The position numbers and the translations under genes are program-made. A stretch of DNA of 61,218 nucleotides, filler included. It is 4 parts of 4 records of this genome, joined end to end, with 100 filler letters (N's around TTAATTAATTAA, not from the genome) between each part and the next. Parts side by side here need not be neighbours in the genome. Positions count along the whole stretch, not along the records: positions 1 to 12,552 come from DRR378314_2708; positions 12,653 to 32,004 come from DRR378314_2716; 2 more parts are not named here. One strand, written 5' to 3'. The notes under the pieces are model-generated. The model saw only the letters and a program-made list of their open reading frames with translations. It searched no databases and was not told where the DNA came from. Shown here in pieces: positions 9,486 to 22,748 of this stretch (within the stretch, counting starts at the first letter, position 1; each line of letters opens with the position of its first letter).

Positions 9486-10265
9486 TCAAACGGTGCGCTC
9501 GACCATCATTTCCTTGATATGCGCGATCGCCTTGGCCGGGTTCAGACCCTTCGGGCAGGTCTTGGCACAGTTCATGATGGTGTGGCAGCGATAGAGCTTG
9601 AAGGGATCTTCCAGCTGATCGAGACGCTCGCCCGTGGCTTCGTCACGGCTGTCGATGATCCAGCGGTAGGCGTGCAGCAGCGCTGCGGGGCCGAGGTAGC
9701 GGTCGCCGTTCCACCAGTAGCTCGGACACGCGGTCGAACAGGACGCGCACATCACGCATTCATACAGACCATCAAGCTTCTTGCGGTCCTCGATCGACTG
9801 TTTCCACTCCTTCGCGGGGCGGTTGGTCTTGGTCTCCAGCCACGGCATGATCGAGGCATGCTGGGCATAGAAATGCGTAAGGTCCGGGATCAGATCCTTC
9901 ACCACCGACATATGCGGCAGCGGGTAGATCTTCACATCGCCCTTCACCTCATCCAGGCCATAGATACAGGCCAGCGTGTTGATGCCGTCGATGTTCATCG
10001 CACAGGAGCCACAAATGCCCTCGCGGCAGGACCGGCGGAAGGTGAGCGTCGGATCAATCTCGTTCTTGATCTTGATCAGCGCGTCCAGAACCATGGGACC
10101 GCATTTGTCCATGTCCAGGAAATAGGTGTCGACCTGCGGCGTCTTCCCGTCATCCGGGTTCCAGCGATAGATCTGGAACTTGCGGACATTGGTCGCGCCT
10201 TCGGGCTTGGGCCACGTCTTCCCCGTGGTGATCCTGGAGTTTTTCGGAAGTGCGAATTCGACCAT
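9486..10265 (-). CDS. sdhB: succinate dehydrogenase iron-sulfur subunit
   Basis: [25 protein letters not shown] and [13 protein letters not shown]e-S motifs; AAGGAG RBS before [10 protein letters not shown]. Confidence 0.97.
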   Translation of the reverse strand: MVEFALPKNSRITTGKTWPKPEGATNVRKFQIYRWNPDDGKTPQVDTYFLDMDKCGPMVLDALIKIKNEIDPTLTFRRSCREGICGSCAMNIDGINTLACIYGLDEVKGDVKIYPLPHMSVVKDLIPDLTHFYAQHASIMPWLETKTNRPAKEWKQSIEDRKKLDGLYECVMCASCSTACPSYWWNGDRYLGPAALLHAYRWIIDSRDEATGERLDQLEDPFKLYRCHTIMNCAKTCPKGLNPAKAIAHIKEMMVERTV

Positions 10266-10487
10266 GATCGTGTCTCCTTGCTTAGCTGCCCGACGCCGCT
10301 GCCACCGGCAGCACGGACGGGTAGAGGGCTGGACCCGGAATGCTCCGGGCGTCATTTCTGGCGCAAGACTTGCGCATAGGGTTGGGACGGGAGGTCACAT
10401 CAAGGCCTCCCCGTCGAAATCCGGCAGGCTGATGAAACGCGGCAGGGCCACATCGGCGCGGCGCAGCGATCGGTGCAACAGCAACGC

Positions 10488-11339
10488 TCATGCGACAGTC
10501 TCGCTTTGCTGTGGTGCTGTCAGGCCGTCGCCATCATCGCTGGTGGTCTGCTCCGCAGGCGCAAGGCGCGCCAACCAGGAGGTGTCGCGTTCATATCCCA
10601 GCGCGATGAGGTCATCGCCGTGACGCTCCAAGTAGCGCTCCGCGGTGTGTCGCGGCAGTTTCGCAGGCCATTGCTCCGCCTTGCCCGAGGACACATGCGT
10701 TGCCGTACGCCCGGTGCCGCCGTCGGGGGACAGGCCACCAAAGAGCGAATTGTCGTAGTAGATCTGCCGGGCCACCTCGATCTCGGCCTGATCGAAGCCA
10801 AAGAACCGCAGCACACCGATGAACATGGCGCAGTCGTGGTCCTCGATCAGATCCTCGTAGCGCAGGTCCATGGCGCGGGGATGCCCATAGGGCCAGGCCA
10901 GCATTTCTTTCACGACCTGCAGATGCATGTTCTGCATCTCGAAATCCAGCTTTGACTCCTGCGTGGGCAAGGCCTGCAGGTGTTGCTGATAGCTCTTTCC
11001 GCCGAGATCGTCGCGGGGGCCATGCAGAAACCGTTCCTGCCGACCGGGGCTGTTCTCGTGATAGCGCCCGCCAGACAGCAGAACATCACGCGGGTCGCGA
11101 ATGACATGCAAAAACCGTGCATCCGGCTGCTCGAACAAGTCCGGCGCAAAGGCACTGGCCCAGTTCACCACAATGACCCGCCCGGTTGCGGGAATTTTGT
11201 CCCATTTCGCCGGGTTATGCACCGGCACAAAAGGAATATCGAGCGCCTCCCCGATCAAACGCCAGACACGCCGCATCCAGACGGTGCCCGTCTTGTGATG
11301 CGTGCCGACGCATAAGATCCGGGGAGGCGCAGAGCTCAT
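10488..11339 (-). CDS. sulfotransferase-fold (P-loop) protein
   Basis: HHKTGTVW (5'-PSB loop), IRDPRDVLLS (3'-PB) and LRYEDL motifs. Confidence 0.8.
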   Translation of the reverse strand: MSSAPPRILCVGTHHKTGTVWMRRVWRLIGEALDIPFVPVHNPAKWDKIPATGRVIVVNWASAFAPDLFEQPDARFLHVIRDPRDVLLSGGRYHENSPGRQERFLHGPRDDLGGKSYQQHLQALPTQESKLDFEMQNMHLQVVKEMLAWPYGHPRAMDLRYEDLIEDHDCAMFIGVLRFFGFDQAEIEVARQIYYDNSLFGGLSPDGGTGRTATHVSSGKAEQWPAKLPRHTAERYLERHGDDLIALGYERDTSWLARLAPAEQTTSDDGDGLTAPQQSETVA

Positions 11340-12552
11340 TTAGAAGGTCCGGGCCTTGGGCGCGATGGTCTCCAGGCTGATACCGCCCTCACCTTCGCTG
11401 GTCAGCGGATCGGTGATGACCGGACGGAAGCTGAGCGTGGTCTCGTTGCCCTCGACACGGGCCACGGTGTGCACGCGCCAGTTTTCGTCATCGCGTGTGG
11501 AGTAATCCTCATGCGCATGCGCGCCGCGGCTTTCCTTGCGGGCCTCGGCCCCGACGATGGTCGCCAGCGCGTTGGGCATCAGGTTGGTCAGCTCCAGCGT
11601 CTCCATTAGGTCGGAGTTCCACACCAGCGAGGTATCGGTGACATGGAGATCGTCGAGCTTGGCCGCAATCGCGCCCATTTTCTCAACGCCTTCCTTCAGG
11701 GTTTTGTCGGTGCGGAACACCGCGGCATCCGCCTGCATGGTACGCTGCATTTCCAGACGCAGCTCCGCCGTCGGCGTGCCGCCCTTGGCGTTGCGCAAAC
11801 CGTCAAAGCGGTCAAAGGCCTTGTCGATGGAGGCCTGGTTGAGCACCGGATTCGGCGCCTCAGGGTCCACCACCTTGCCCGCACGAATGGCCGACGCGCG
11901 GCCAAAGACCACCAGGTCGATCAGCGAGTTCGAGCCCAGACGGTTGGCACCATGCACAGAGGCACAGCCCGCCTCGCCCACAGCCATCAGGCCCGGAACA
12001 ACGCCGGTCGGGTTGTCTTCGGTCGGGTTCAGCACTTCGCCCCAGTAGTTGGTGGGAATGCCGCCCATGTTATAGTGCACGGTGGGCAGAACCGGGATCG
12101 GCTCCTTGTTGACGTCCACGCCCGCAAAGATCTTTGCAGACTCGGAAATCCCCGGCAGGCGCTCTGCCAGTGCCTCGGCAGGCAGGTGGCTGAGGTTCAG
12201 GTGGATGTGATCGCCGTCTGCGCCCACACCGCGGCCCTCGCGGATCTCCATGGTCATCGAGCGCGAGACATAGTCGCGCGGTGCGAGGTCCTTGTAGTTG
12301 GGCGCATAGCGCTCCATGAACCGCTCGCCTTCGGAGTTGGTCAGGTAACCGCCTTCGCCGCGCGCGCCTTCGGTGATCAGACAGCCGGAGCCGTAGATGC
12401 CGGTGGGGTGGAACTGCACGAATTCCATGTCCTGCAGCGGCAGGCCTGCGCGCGCCACCATGCCACCACCGTCGCCGGTGCAGGTATGGGCGGAGGTTGC
12501 CGAGAAATAGGCGCGGCCATAACCGCCGGTCGCCAGCACCACCATCTTGGCG
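11340..12552 (-). CDS. sdhA: succinate dehydrogenase flavoprotein subunit (5' truncated at contig end)
   Basis: [43 protein letters not shown] and RKESRGAH motifs. Confidence 0.97.
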
Positions 12553-12652
12553 NNNNNNNNNNNNNNNNNNNNNNNNNNNNNNNNNNNNNNNNNNNNTTAA
12601 TTAATTAANNNNNNNNNNNNNNNNNNNNNNNNNNNNNNNNNNNNNNNNNNNN
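12553..12652. other. artificial contig spacer (N44-TTAATTAATTAA-N44)
   Basis: Six-frame stop linker flanked by Ns; sequence type changes from bacterial to eukaryotic across it. Confidence 0.98.
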
Positions 12653-13274
12653 CGTCCCCGCGCTCCAGGCAGGATGAGAATCCGGCCACTCTCCCGCGTT
12701 CTCCTCGCTCTCCACCGCTAGCCCGTGCTCTCTGGAATGTTGCATCGCCTCCTGCAGTGCGGACGCGTGCTGTGTCCTCGCAATGAAATCGTGTGCTACG
12801 CAGTCCGGCGTTTTTTTTTTCCTTCGAGGGAAACCCCTGCTGATTACGATCGTCCCGGACAGAGCATCTATATTTGTGTTGTCGCTTTTTTTTTTCTCTC
12901 TCTCTCGCACTTCCTTTTGTTCTTGCATTTTTTCGTATGCTGTACGTCCTTTGTTCTACTTGTTTCGCTTGCTCTGTCTCTCTCTCCTACCGTGCCGCAA
13001 CTTGGATACTGGACGTGCGCGGGAGGGTGGGCGACCGGCATCGTAGTTGAGAATGGACAGCGTTGTCCTTGGTACTCGCTGGCACGGATGTCCAACAAAA
13101 GCGCAACGGGGGGATGTCCTTATCTTGAAGACAAAGGGAAACTTGTATGAATACAGGTCCATAATACCGGAAAACAGAATTTGCACGCGTTTCCGTAAAT
13201 CACCTGGTGGTTCAGCGATGCGCCACGACGCAAACAACAACAACCGAAAACCACGCTTCCCTTCCACAGAAAAG

Positions 13275-14409
13275 TTATGTTTGTAGAATTAATAGGTAGA
13301 GTACAGCGCCGACAATCCAACCGGCATACGCTTGAAGAACAGCCTGGAAGCTGCAGTTCCGCAGAATAGCGTCATAGCGTTTGGCACGTGGACGCATTTG
13401 AGTACGAAATACGTTGCTTTCTTCCCCAGAAAACGCATTGAGATTAAGGCTCGTGGAAAGGTTGCAGAACGGGCGTGCAGAGAGCGACGCGCCGTACCTT
13501 ACATAGCGACCGTGGAGCACGAGTGCGACTCCGACCGCCACCGCGTTCCATCGCGCACACCCACGAAAACGCAGCGTATTCAGAGCCGAAGCAACGTGGC
13601 TATGACAATTAGTGCACAAAAGATTATGCTGCATATAGATACGTACACGCAAGCATGCATACGGGCGCGAAGACGGTGAGGCCAGGGCGCTGCAGCTCGA
13701 ACAAAGCCGCACAAGAGTGGCAAGTGTGGCGCGCCGGCGTGCGCGCACAGTCAATGTTTCCGGAATCAGGCGATCGAGTTTCGCGCCGGTGGAGTTTGTT
13801 CAGCACACCATTTTATGCCGAAATTTTTCGTCTGCTCCTTGGATAGCATTATCCCACTCTTCCGCGCTCTGAAGATCCCAATCGTGCGCGCCGCGCGGTG
13901 GCGGTACGCGCCAGTACTTGATCGGCCGTCCTGCCGCGCACCGCGCCGACGAGAAACGAAATTGCCTTAGTGTACCAAACCTGCCGCAACATATCCCAAA
14001 GCGCTGCTGATTCCCCCCGTTTTCCCCTGCTTATCGAAAACGTATTCTTTATTCCATCTGACGTACCGAATGCCATATCATCGACACCGATGTAGTAAGG
14101 GCCCGCGAAGTCGTGCACTTTCCCGTCGGAGGTGCAGACGCCGAGGTGGCCAATCCACGGGACCATCCACCTGCACGAACGCGCACGCGGTTGCAACGTC
14201 GCCAGCACTTGTCCCCTCAGTCCACCGCAAATCTTTCCCACAGAGCTATGCCAAACGGACCGGTGCAACACGAACGAGGTCAGCACGTACGTCAACAGAG
14301 GAATTGGCGTCCACACAATGCAAAACGGGTATCGATCACGCGAGGCGTCGGTGGGAAAGAGGACCGCCTCGTCACGGCCACTGTCCTGACTGGGAGCGCG
14401 CTCGCGCAT
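13275..14409 (-). CDS. TMEM222: TMEM222/RTE1 (DUF778) family protein, 5 exons (14409-14291, 14170-14067, 13930-13809, 13628-13498, 13350-13275)
   Basis: Spliced product contains RYPFCIVWTPIPLLT-WMVPWIGHLGVCTSDGKVHDFAGPY...AFG-RPIKYW...HKM-HNLLCTNCHSHVA; all four introns are GT-AG and in frame. Confidence 0.9.
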
Positions 14410-15663
14410 TGCTAAACAGCGCGAAGCACGAACGAGGAGGCGTCTCGTTCACCAAGGCACAACACGTAAATTCTCGAAGGCACCCAAGATAAAGCAGAGA
14501 TGGCCACCGTATGAAGCGTGCGTGTGGCGTATCGCTCAGTTCGATGCTGCACGCTAGCGCACGCGCAGTTTTGTTGCGCAGACGGGTACAATTTCCGCTA
14601 CGTAGTGTCTGCAGCAAAGCGCGCGTTGCCGGACGATGCAAGAACCATAACCTCCACCCTACGGCCAGCCAATCTCGAGCTCGTCGCCGCACACCGCACA
14701 GTGCCATACCAGCGGGCGTTTGCAAACGACGCGATATCCATGCTTTGGGCCAGCCGCCACCAGAAAGACAAGACCCTTGATAATCTTCAAAAAAAAAGGC
14801 ATAGCCTGATGCGCCTTGTATTGCTAGCGCACAGGCAGCATCTCGCAAAACAACAATACCAAGAATGTGGAGCCCACGACGCGAGGTCGGAGATACACGC
14901 TACAGGCTTGCAAGCACACTCTGACATGGGGGTAGGCCGCTAATCCATCAATAGGATCGCGGGCGCTTGCAGCACCTTACGAAACACAATAATGCGACGC
15001 AAAAATTTTACGATCCCCGAGCTCGTTCGTAGAAGCTCATCTTCGCGGTGCGCTTCTGCTATGCTTCGACCCCCGCTCAGAGTCGAGGCAGAGAGGGACT
15101 TGCACTTGCAGCGCAACAGCAGCAGTGGCTAGCTCTGACTCTAATACTGCACAAGAACCTCTACAGTAGTAGATATTGAACGTATGTCCTTTCGCATCAG
15201 CCGAAAAATATATCAGGTAGCCACGCTTTCTCCTACGCTTGATGGCGGAATGCTGTGCTCAGCGCGGTACGTTCCGAGCGTTGAAGCGTACAGCACGAGG
15301 CACCTTCCACAAGACAGGAGCTGGTACTCTGCGCTTCATTTCGCTCCTCACCACACCCCACAAACGTCTTGTATTTGACATACGACAAGTATGCACATAG
15401 TGATTCCTTCCATGCGGAAGTACTACGGACCCGTTATCGATAAACGGCCAGCGCACCCATTCCGATACGCCTCGCCTCCCGCAGCCGAGCTTCGTTTCTC
15501 TGTTATGAGCGACAATGATCCGCTCGGTACCGTAACCCAGCTCCTTCCCAGCAAGCTCGATAATCAGTGGAACGAAGTCGCACAGTCTACCGACAAGCTG
15601 CAATCCGCAGCTGACAGAAAACACACTGACCCTACGACAACATGGGTCCACGCAGATCAGAGC

Positions 15664-18194
15664 CTACGAACGGGCTTGGGAACTGGGGAGCGAACGTTGG
15701 CGTTGGCTCGAGAGGCGGAAAAAAGCCCACATCGTGCCTACGCCAACGGCAAGCATCGCCATGTATGCATAGTGCAAGACGAGCCAAGACCCCTGCTGCT
15801 TCACAACCTTGGGTGCGAAAAAGATGAAGAGCAGCGATGCACCATACCCAACGGCGTCGATGAGCCCGGAGAGTGTTCCGCAGAACGCCGGCCCGCCCGC
15901 CTCTAGTGCAAAAACACCCGTAGGCAGATAATACGGAAGCGCGACCGCTGCCCCGACCCCAAACAATGCCAGGCAGTCTACGATCAGGCTTTTTCCGGAG
16001 ACGAAAGCGGAAAGAGTAATGAGAACTCCGCACATGCCGACAAGAGAGGAAAGAATATGGCCCACTTTGCGCCGCTCATACCGTGCATACAAATCTTTGC
16101 CGAGAAGAAGCGCACACGTTCCGCCCAGCGGGAAAACAGCAGACCACACAGCAGCCTGTGCGTCTGAAAGCTTGTACGTTTCCACCAAGTACAGCGGTAA
16201 ATAAATGTTGAAGTCGATCAGGCACACTAGAATCATCGTAGTTATCCCCATAAAGTAGAGTGCAGGATTACACGCAAAGTGGAGCAGCGCCTCGCGCAGC
16301 GATTTCCCATCGAGAGGGTGAGCGCGCTTCTTGCCAGGGCTTTCCTCAGTGCTCGACCGCTTCTCAGGGCGGAGCGCTTTTCCTTGCTTTCCGCGAGACG
16401 TCGTAGCATCACTGCATTCATGGGAAGAAACGCGCGTCCGACAGGAGGCGTGCGTTCAAAGCGAAATCAAAGTGGATACTCGTTGTAACACGGCAACACG
16501 CAAACCCTACGACACGCGAAGCGACGAGTGGCTCACAATACTGGAGTCAACGGAAATACCGTCCCTCGATGGCACCGCGGCGAGCCTCGATACAAGACGT
16601 ACCTGGCGGGATCAGCGCGTAAATCCTCCAATTCGACGCCTTCATCGACACCATCCGCGGATTCTGAAGACTTTACATGCTGGTAACCGTCCGCACGAGG
16701 CCCTTGTGGTAGCGCAAAGTGTGCAATGCACGCGACAAGAAAGGCTAGTCCAGCGGAAAAGGCAAACGATCCCGACCATCCGAATCCAGCGCCGAGCAGC
16801 CCTCCGCAAACGAACGACGTCAGCACGTGCCCGGCCCTTGCGGAGAGCGATATCATCGCAAATCCGCGTCCCCAAGACGCTTCCGCCATAGAACTTCGCA
16901 TGAAAAAAACAATTGTCGCGGAGAAAACGTGGAATGGCGCAATTTGACGGAAGAAGTAGCCGCGGCGCGCCGAAGTGTTGCAAGACAACGCGCACAGGTG
17001 CAAAAAGCGGCAAGATCCAACAATCGTCCCCAGCGGTGGCAAAGCACGCAGCCCCCCCCGTTGAAAGGGAGAACAACATACGACGACGCAGAGAGCAGTC
17101 GATGGGGTATTGTCATCGACAATCCAGAGTTGATACGCGTGACATAGGATAGTGACCATCGTGTCACAGAGATGGCCGCACGAATATGCGAAGGCGTTCG
17201 CAGTACCGAGGAGGGAGAGGGAAGGGCGCACGAACGAAGTCGATTGGACACCAAGTCGCACAACACGTTTACGGGTTACCCGCCGCACGACAGAAAGCGA
17301 ACATACGCGATGCATGATCACATAACAAAGAGCGTGGAGGCTTTCTGTCCTGGAAGCGGGACGTCCGCAACAGCCGCAGGCTGCAAGCATTGCGCGCTTT
17401 GTCGCACGCACGCACGCGGGTGGGCCACGGAAACTCCCAAGTGCTGTGGGCAGAGAGCTTGCAAGCCCCAAAACGCACGCACTCGCTCTCTTCGACTGCG
17501 ATTGAAGGCACAGAAGCCCTTTCAACCACAAAATACCTTACAACGTATCTATGGAATCATTGTCGTTGTGAGATAACATAATTGGCCGCGGCAGCACTAT
17601 CGTGAAACGCGGGCGCTACAGCAGTGCGGCGTGACCGAACAGCTCGGTCGGGTGCGCGGCAAAAAGGGTGGCACAGCCTCGTTTCGCACGACGCCAGGCA
17701 GCGAACCTCTGAATGGTCTTCGTGATGGCCATCCACGGCGCGGAAGTCGACACACGGACGATTGCCACGCCAAGGAGAACAAGTGAAGATGGCGCAAGGA
17801 GTCCCTGAGTCAATTCAGACGCTGTGCTCACAGAGGCGAGGAGCAGATTTCCCGCCGCAGAGCCAAGCAGCGCAAGGACAATCGAGCGGCGGCCACCCAG
17901 GTTGTCTACAGCGGGGCCAAGCAGCAGCTTGCCCGTAAGGTACGCCAGCGTTCCTCCTGCGGAAACGGTTCCGTAGTACGAAGTGCTCACGTCCACACTA
18001 TCATCTTGAAGCATGGAGGGTGCCAACACATGAAAGTTGGAGCGCGAAAAGATGGAAGTTGCATAGATGCATGCTAAAAGCAAGAGCACCGCGTTCTCAC
18101 TGGCCATGGTCGCGGCTGATGTCGCGGTGGGACTCGAAGTAGGTTGGGAGGCCCTGTGAGAGCCGCGCTTTGCAGCGCGCTTGCGTTGGCGCAT
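15664..18194 (-). CDS. MFS transporter, organophosphate:Pi antiporter/SLC37-like (multi-exon, boundaries approximate)
   Basis: Hydrophobic segments with FSRSNF, GKLLLGPAVDNLGGR (MFS motif A) and GTLSGLIDAVGYGAS spread over ORFs 17616-18221, 16533-17531 and 15664-16251. Confidence 0.75.
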
Positions 18195-19397
18195 TACCGC
18201 GCTCCTGAGCAGCAAGGACAAAAAACGTGGGTACGTAGCCAGGCTCCAAAGAATCTAAGCAATGTTAGTCCAATGTAGGAGACAGGAAAATTTTCGTTCG
18301 CTAACGCGCACGTGAACGAACGCAGCGACACAGAGCGGCGGTCTTGCTGCAGAAGAGCAGCGGCGCACCACGCACGCGAGCCCACTGGCGCGCATTTGCA
18401 TGGGGTGCTTGGCACAGATTCCTCGGTCGGTCGATGCGGGGCTCTGGATACTAGGGTCGATTCATATTCCCCCCCCGCGCCCGATCTTTGCGCTGTGCGC
18501 AGGAACGCGAGTGTGCTCTCCGAGCACGACGGCGGGGTTCCTGCACGGCGCATCTTCTCCAGTGCCGCATGTTTGCGGGCAGATCTCTCTGCCTTGACCA
18601 TTTCTCTTGTCACCCAATAGTGTATTGACTGGTGAGGTTAAAAGCGGTGTTTTTTAGCTGGGACATACAGCTTTCAGGAAGTCTTCCCCGCGGAGCGTGT
18701 GAGCTTCCCCCAGCGTTGCACTGACGAGCAGCCGCACACGTGCGACGAGCAGGAACGTGTGCCCACTGTGCTGCAGTATGGCTGCTCGTTCCGTCAATCC
18801 CGCGACAGTATTCGCCCGCGAGGATCGCCGTCCCGTGTCTATTCCTCAGCGGACGTTGTGTTTAAAGTACATGGCACATGATGCCATTTCGATCCGGCGA
18901 CTCGATGATATTTTCGTGCACAGCAAAAAAAGAACCTGTGGGCAGCCAGTCACACGTGGTTTCCTTGAGCGCGCGGAGCTCCCGCCACGCAGGCTTCTGC
19001 ACGTAAGCGGAGCCCTAGCCTTCGCCATGGCAGAGGATAGACGCATTCGGCCCTCCTTTCCTGCCCGCGGTGTAGCGTCAGCAAACTACCTGCCCTGCTT
19101 TGCTGTGAAAAGCTCGTCCCCAACCCTATTGTGAAATATTGATCATACTTGTAGAATGATCATAGTTACGCCTACCCTTGAAGAAAAGCCCGCGTTGGAA
19201 CCAGTTTGTGCGCGCACGAGTTTCCCGCGCGCCGCCACGCAGCCATTTCCAGCGTGCTCTGCCGCCTCAGTTTCGGCGCTACCACGGCGCCCTGCAGGCC
19301 GGTGGTTGCTGAGAACTAGCCAGAACCGGGTGCAGCGCGTACGAGAAACTAAACTTACGCCCCGTTTCTCTTTATTACCAGAGTGCATTGGCTGGCC

Positions 19398-22300
19398 ATG
19401 GGAGCTTCCGGCACGCCGCGGCCTGACCCATCCGCGTTCGCGGACTCCTCCAGCGCGCTGCTGAAGCGAGGGCGCGGGCGTGGAACAACTCCGCCGAGCC
19501 CTCCTCTCAAGCAAACGCCAGTTTCTCGCTTATTTCTTTCAAAATCTGCTTTGTACACACCATATGCACAAGAGCTGAGCTTTTGTGAAGGTGGCGTGCC
19601 CGGCAGCTCGCCAGAGTCGTCGAGGCATGCGCAAGGTACGCAGAAGGATGCTTCCGTGAACTCCGGATAGGCCTGGCGAACCCGGCAGCGCACAGCCTCC
19701 GTCGCGGAGCACTGCCGCAGTTCGCGCAGCTCTGTAGTACCAGTGCAGCGACGATCAGAGGTATTGATTACCCTACCATACTCATGCTTCGGTTCTTCCG
19801 TGCATGTACCTTCTCTACCTTGGCTCTGCGGCAAGTTGTTCTCCTCGAAGAACTCTGCGCGTTCGATGCCAGGACTACGTGTAGCGCACACGAGGCTCCT
19901 CTCCGCCCGAGTTTGCCGCGTGCGCTGCTCCCCGGCACCTCTGCGTGTGCGAACACGACGCTACCGTTTGCTTTTGTGTCGATTACAATGCCGCTGCTTT
20001 CTTCTTCCTTTGATTCGATCTTTCTGTCGGTACGGTGTTAACACCGCAAAATCTGATTCGCACGCATTGCTGCTGTTCTTTGGTCTGTGTGCTGCGCGCG
20101 GCTGTTCGCCGCAGAGTGGAGCGGGGGTTCGGAGGAGCCCACTTCTCTGCTCGATAGCGAATTCGATGTCAAGGGCCGGATCGGCATCGGTTCCTTTGGC
20201 GAGGTCTTTCGAGCTCGATCTCGTGTTGACGACAAAGAGTATGCAATTAAAAAGTCTCGCCGTCGATTTCGAGGGCTCAAAGATAGGTGCGGGCGCCGTT
20301 CGCTTCCCTCAAGGAAGGCAAGGGGGACGCTAGGGAGACGGTAGTGATGCGTCCATGGTGTCGCTCTCTTCGACGTTTTGTTCTAGCGCTCGCGTAGATT
20401 TTTTGCGCATCTGCCCCCGCGTTGTGAGAAAAACTATGGAAATGAATGTACTTTTGTAGGTATTGCGCCTCCGTGATCAAAGATTTCGTCTCATCATTGA
20501 CATCTGCGAGCGGTGGCGAAGAAAAGCTTACGCTAGAAAGGGGAGACGGAGCGCTTTTCTTTTCTTTTTTCTTTTTTCGTTTTTCTCACGATGATGTTGC
20601 GCTGGGCATCATTTTCTTCCATCCCTTTTGGCAGTTCCGTTTTTGTGCCTGCGCTGCCCTCGCGTTCTGCTTCTGTTGTATGCCGCGTCCTTCTTTGATT
20701 GTGCTCACGTGCGCGTTCGTCGGTCTTCTACCCGCTCGAGCAGGGAGACATATCTTCAAGAAGTGAAGAACTACGAGCGCCTGGGGACGCACGAGCACTG
20801 CGTCCAGTATGTTCGGGCATGGGAGCAGGGTGGATTTCTCTTTATCCAGATGGAACTCTGCAAATGCAGTTTGGCGCAACTGCTGGACGAAGCCGGGCCC
20901 ACTGGTCTGCCAGAGGACCGAATTTGGGAACTTCTGACCGATATGGCGTTGGGACTGGAACATGTGCATCGAAACGGGCTCGTGCATTTGGATGTCAAGT
21001 CCTCGAATATTTACATCGCCAGCGATAACAAGGCCAAAGTTGGAGATTTCGGACTTGCCACCGAGGCGTCGCTGTGGGAGGAAGGGATCGACGGCGATCC
21101 TTCGTATCTCGCACCGGAGCTTCTTGGCGGCACTGACTCGTTTGTCGCTGAGTCGGTTGATATTTTCAGTCTCGGCATGGTGCTTTTGGAAATGGCTAGC
21201 GCTATTGAGCTACCTTCCAACGGACAGGCGTGGCATGACATTCGCGAAGGCAAATTCGAACTGCCACAGCATCGCTCCCACGAATTGGACCTGCTCATTC
21301 GCGAAATGATCAACCTCAACCCGGGAAATCGACCGTCTGCCACCGATATTCTGAACCACTCACGATGCGCTTGCATATTGCAGGCCAGGGGTGTCCCCAA
21401 GTCGGCTCGCGTGCGCCTGCACAGCCACGCTCGTTCGCCGCTGCGTCCTGCAACGATGCGCTCGACTGGGGTGCGCGCAGTGCGCAACGCAGCTGCGCGT
21501 TCAATGGAGCAGCCGCCGACTACTCTCCCGTCCTCCAGTGCAGCGCAGCATGGTGAGCAGGCGCCAAGATCCGTGTCGCCGCGGTCCAGTACTATGCGTA
21601 CCCTGTGGCCGATGCAACATGACTCGGAGGGCGTGGGTGACCACGCGAGCTTCCATGTGGATGGCGACGATTTCCTCGAGCCTCGCAACCTATCGTCCCT
21701 TTTCGACAGCACCGTTTCCGAGATCGTGCCATCGCAGCAAAGTCCCAATCGCAGGGACATCGACCCGACTCCCTCCTCGCGAGTTCTAGATGCGCATGCA
21801 CATGCCCGTCACCGGGCCGACAGCCTCGAAAGGAGCTGGAACTTCTTTGACGCGGAGCTTGAGCAGATCAAGCAGGACTCGAGATCTTTACCGAGCAAGG
21901 AACGCGATCACGCTGCAGCGGCGCGTGGAGCGTCGGGCAGTGCACCCGCTGCAGCGCACGGCCCCGACGTACATGCTGCACCTCGCTGTCGTGCACTCCC
22001 TTTTGTGCGTACCGTTGCGGCATCCGCATCCGCAATAGTACCCGGAGCGAGTGTGCGTCGCAAGCTGGCAATCTCGATCATGGCGATTGCAATTTTCGCC
22101 AAAGCGGTACGTAAGAGAAGGCTCGTTCAACTTCTCCACAGCAGTGCGCGCACGGCTCCCTCCTGTTCCCGTTCGCGCGGACCGTGAGCTGATCTGAATG
22201 ACGGCGTATGCTGGAGAACATGTGCAGTTGGAAATGTCCAGCGTGTGCGTTTTGTCGATTCTTCTGGCGCTGGCGTGCTGTGCCATCTCTCAGTCATCCA

Positions 22301-22531
22301 GCGGACAGTGCTGTGATTCCGACTGGCACGGAAGGTGCCTCTTCGCGCGCGATTGCATGTGCTGTAGTGCGCCGAAGCTCACGTGTTTGCGGTGACCGCT
22401 ACTGTTCGTGTTCCGTGCTGCAGAATGGCCTCTTTGGATACAATTCCGACATTTTGCTGATAGTCGCCGCCTTTGTGCTTGGTTACTCACTCGCATCGCG
22501 TGGGGCCACGCCTGCGTGCGCAGCACCGTAG
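19398..22531 (+). CDS. Wee1/Myt1-family protein kinase (exons ~19398-19635, 20115-20286, 20744-22106, plus uncertain 3' exons)
   Basis: IGIGSFGEVF, YAIKKSRRRFRGLKDR, HLDVKSSN, KVGDFGLA, GDPSYLAPE, ELPSNGQAWHDIR; hydrophobic C-terminal segments. Confidence 0.85.
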
Positions 22532-22748
22532 CGAAACGCGTTTCGTTCACTCACAGTGCATCGCGCGGAGAACGGGACGCGCGCAACGCAGCGCAAGCGT
22601 CTGCACACCTGGACAAGTGATATGGTTGATTGTATATTGCCGCACTCGCGAGCTTGAAGACCCCACAAGCTACACTCCTAATTTAATGTACATAGAATAC
22701 AGCGACAGCCGCGTACGCATGAGCCACATACTAGCCCACGCCCGAGCG

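Noticed and set aside
12553..12652. Bacterial-eukaryote junctions as horizontal gene transfer or endosymbiont insertion (also 32005-32104 and 48017-48116)
   Set aside because: The junctions are identical artificial N/TTAATTAATTAA linkers, so there is no physical linkage evidence.
12653..13270. Possible spliced minus-strand hypothetical gene (donor ~12990, acceptor ~12796)
   Set aside because: Splice sites are plausible but there is no recognisable domain and it is truncated by the contig end.
14800..15700. Possible plus-strand hypothetical gene between TMEM222 and the MFS gene
   Set aside because: No consistent exon chain or motif could be built.
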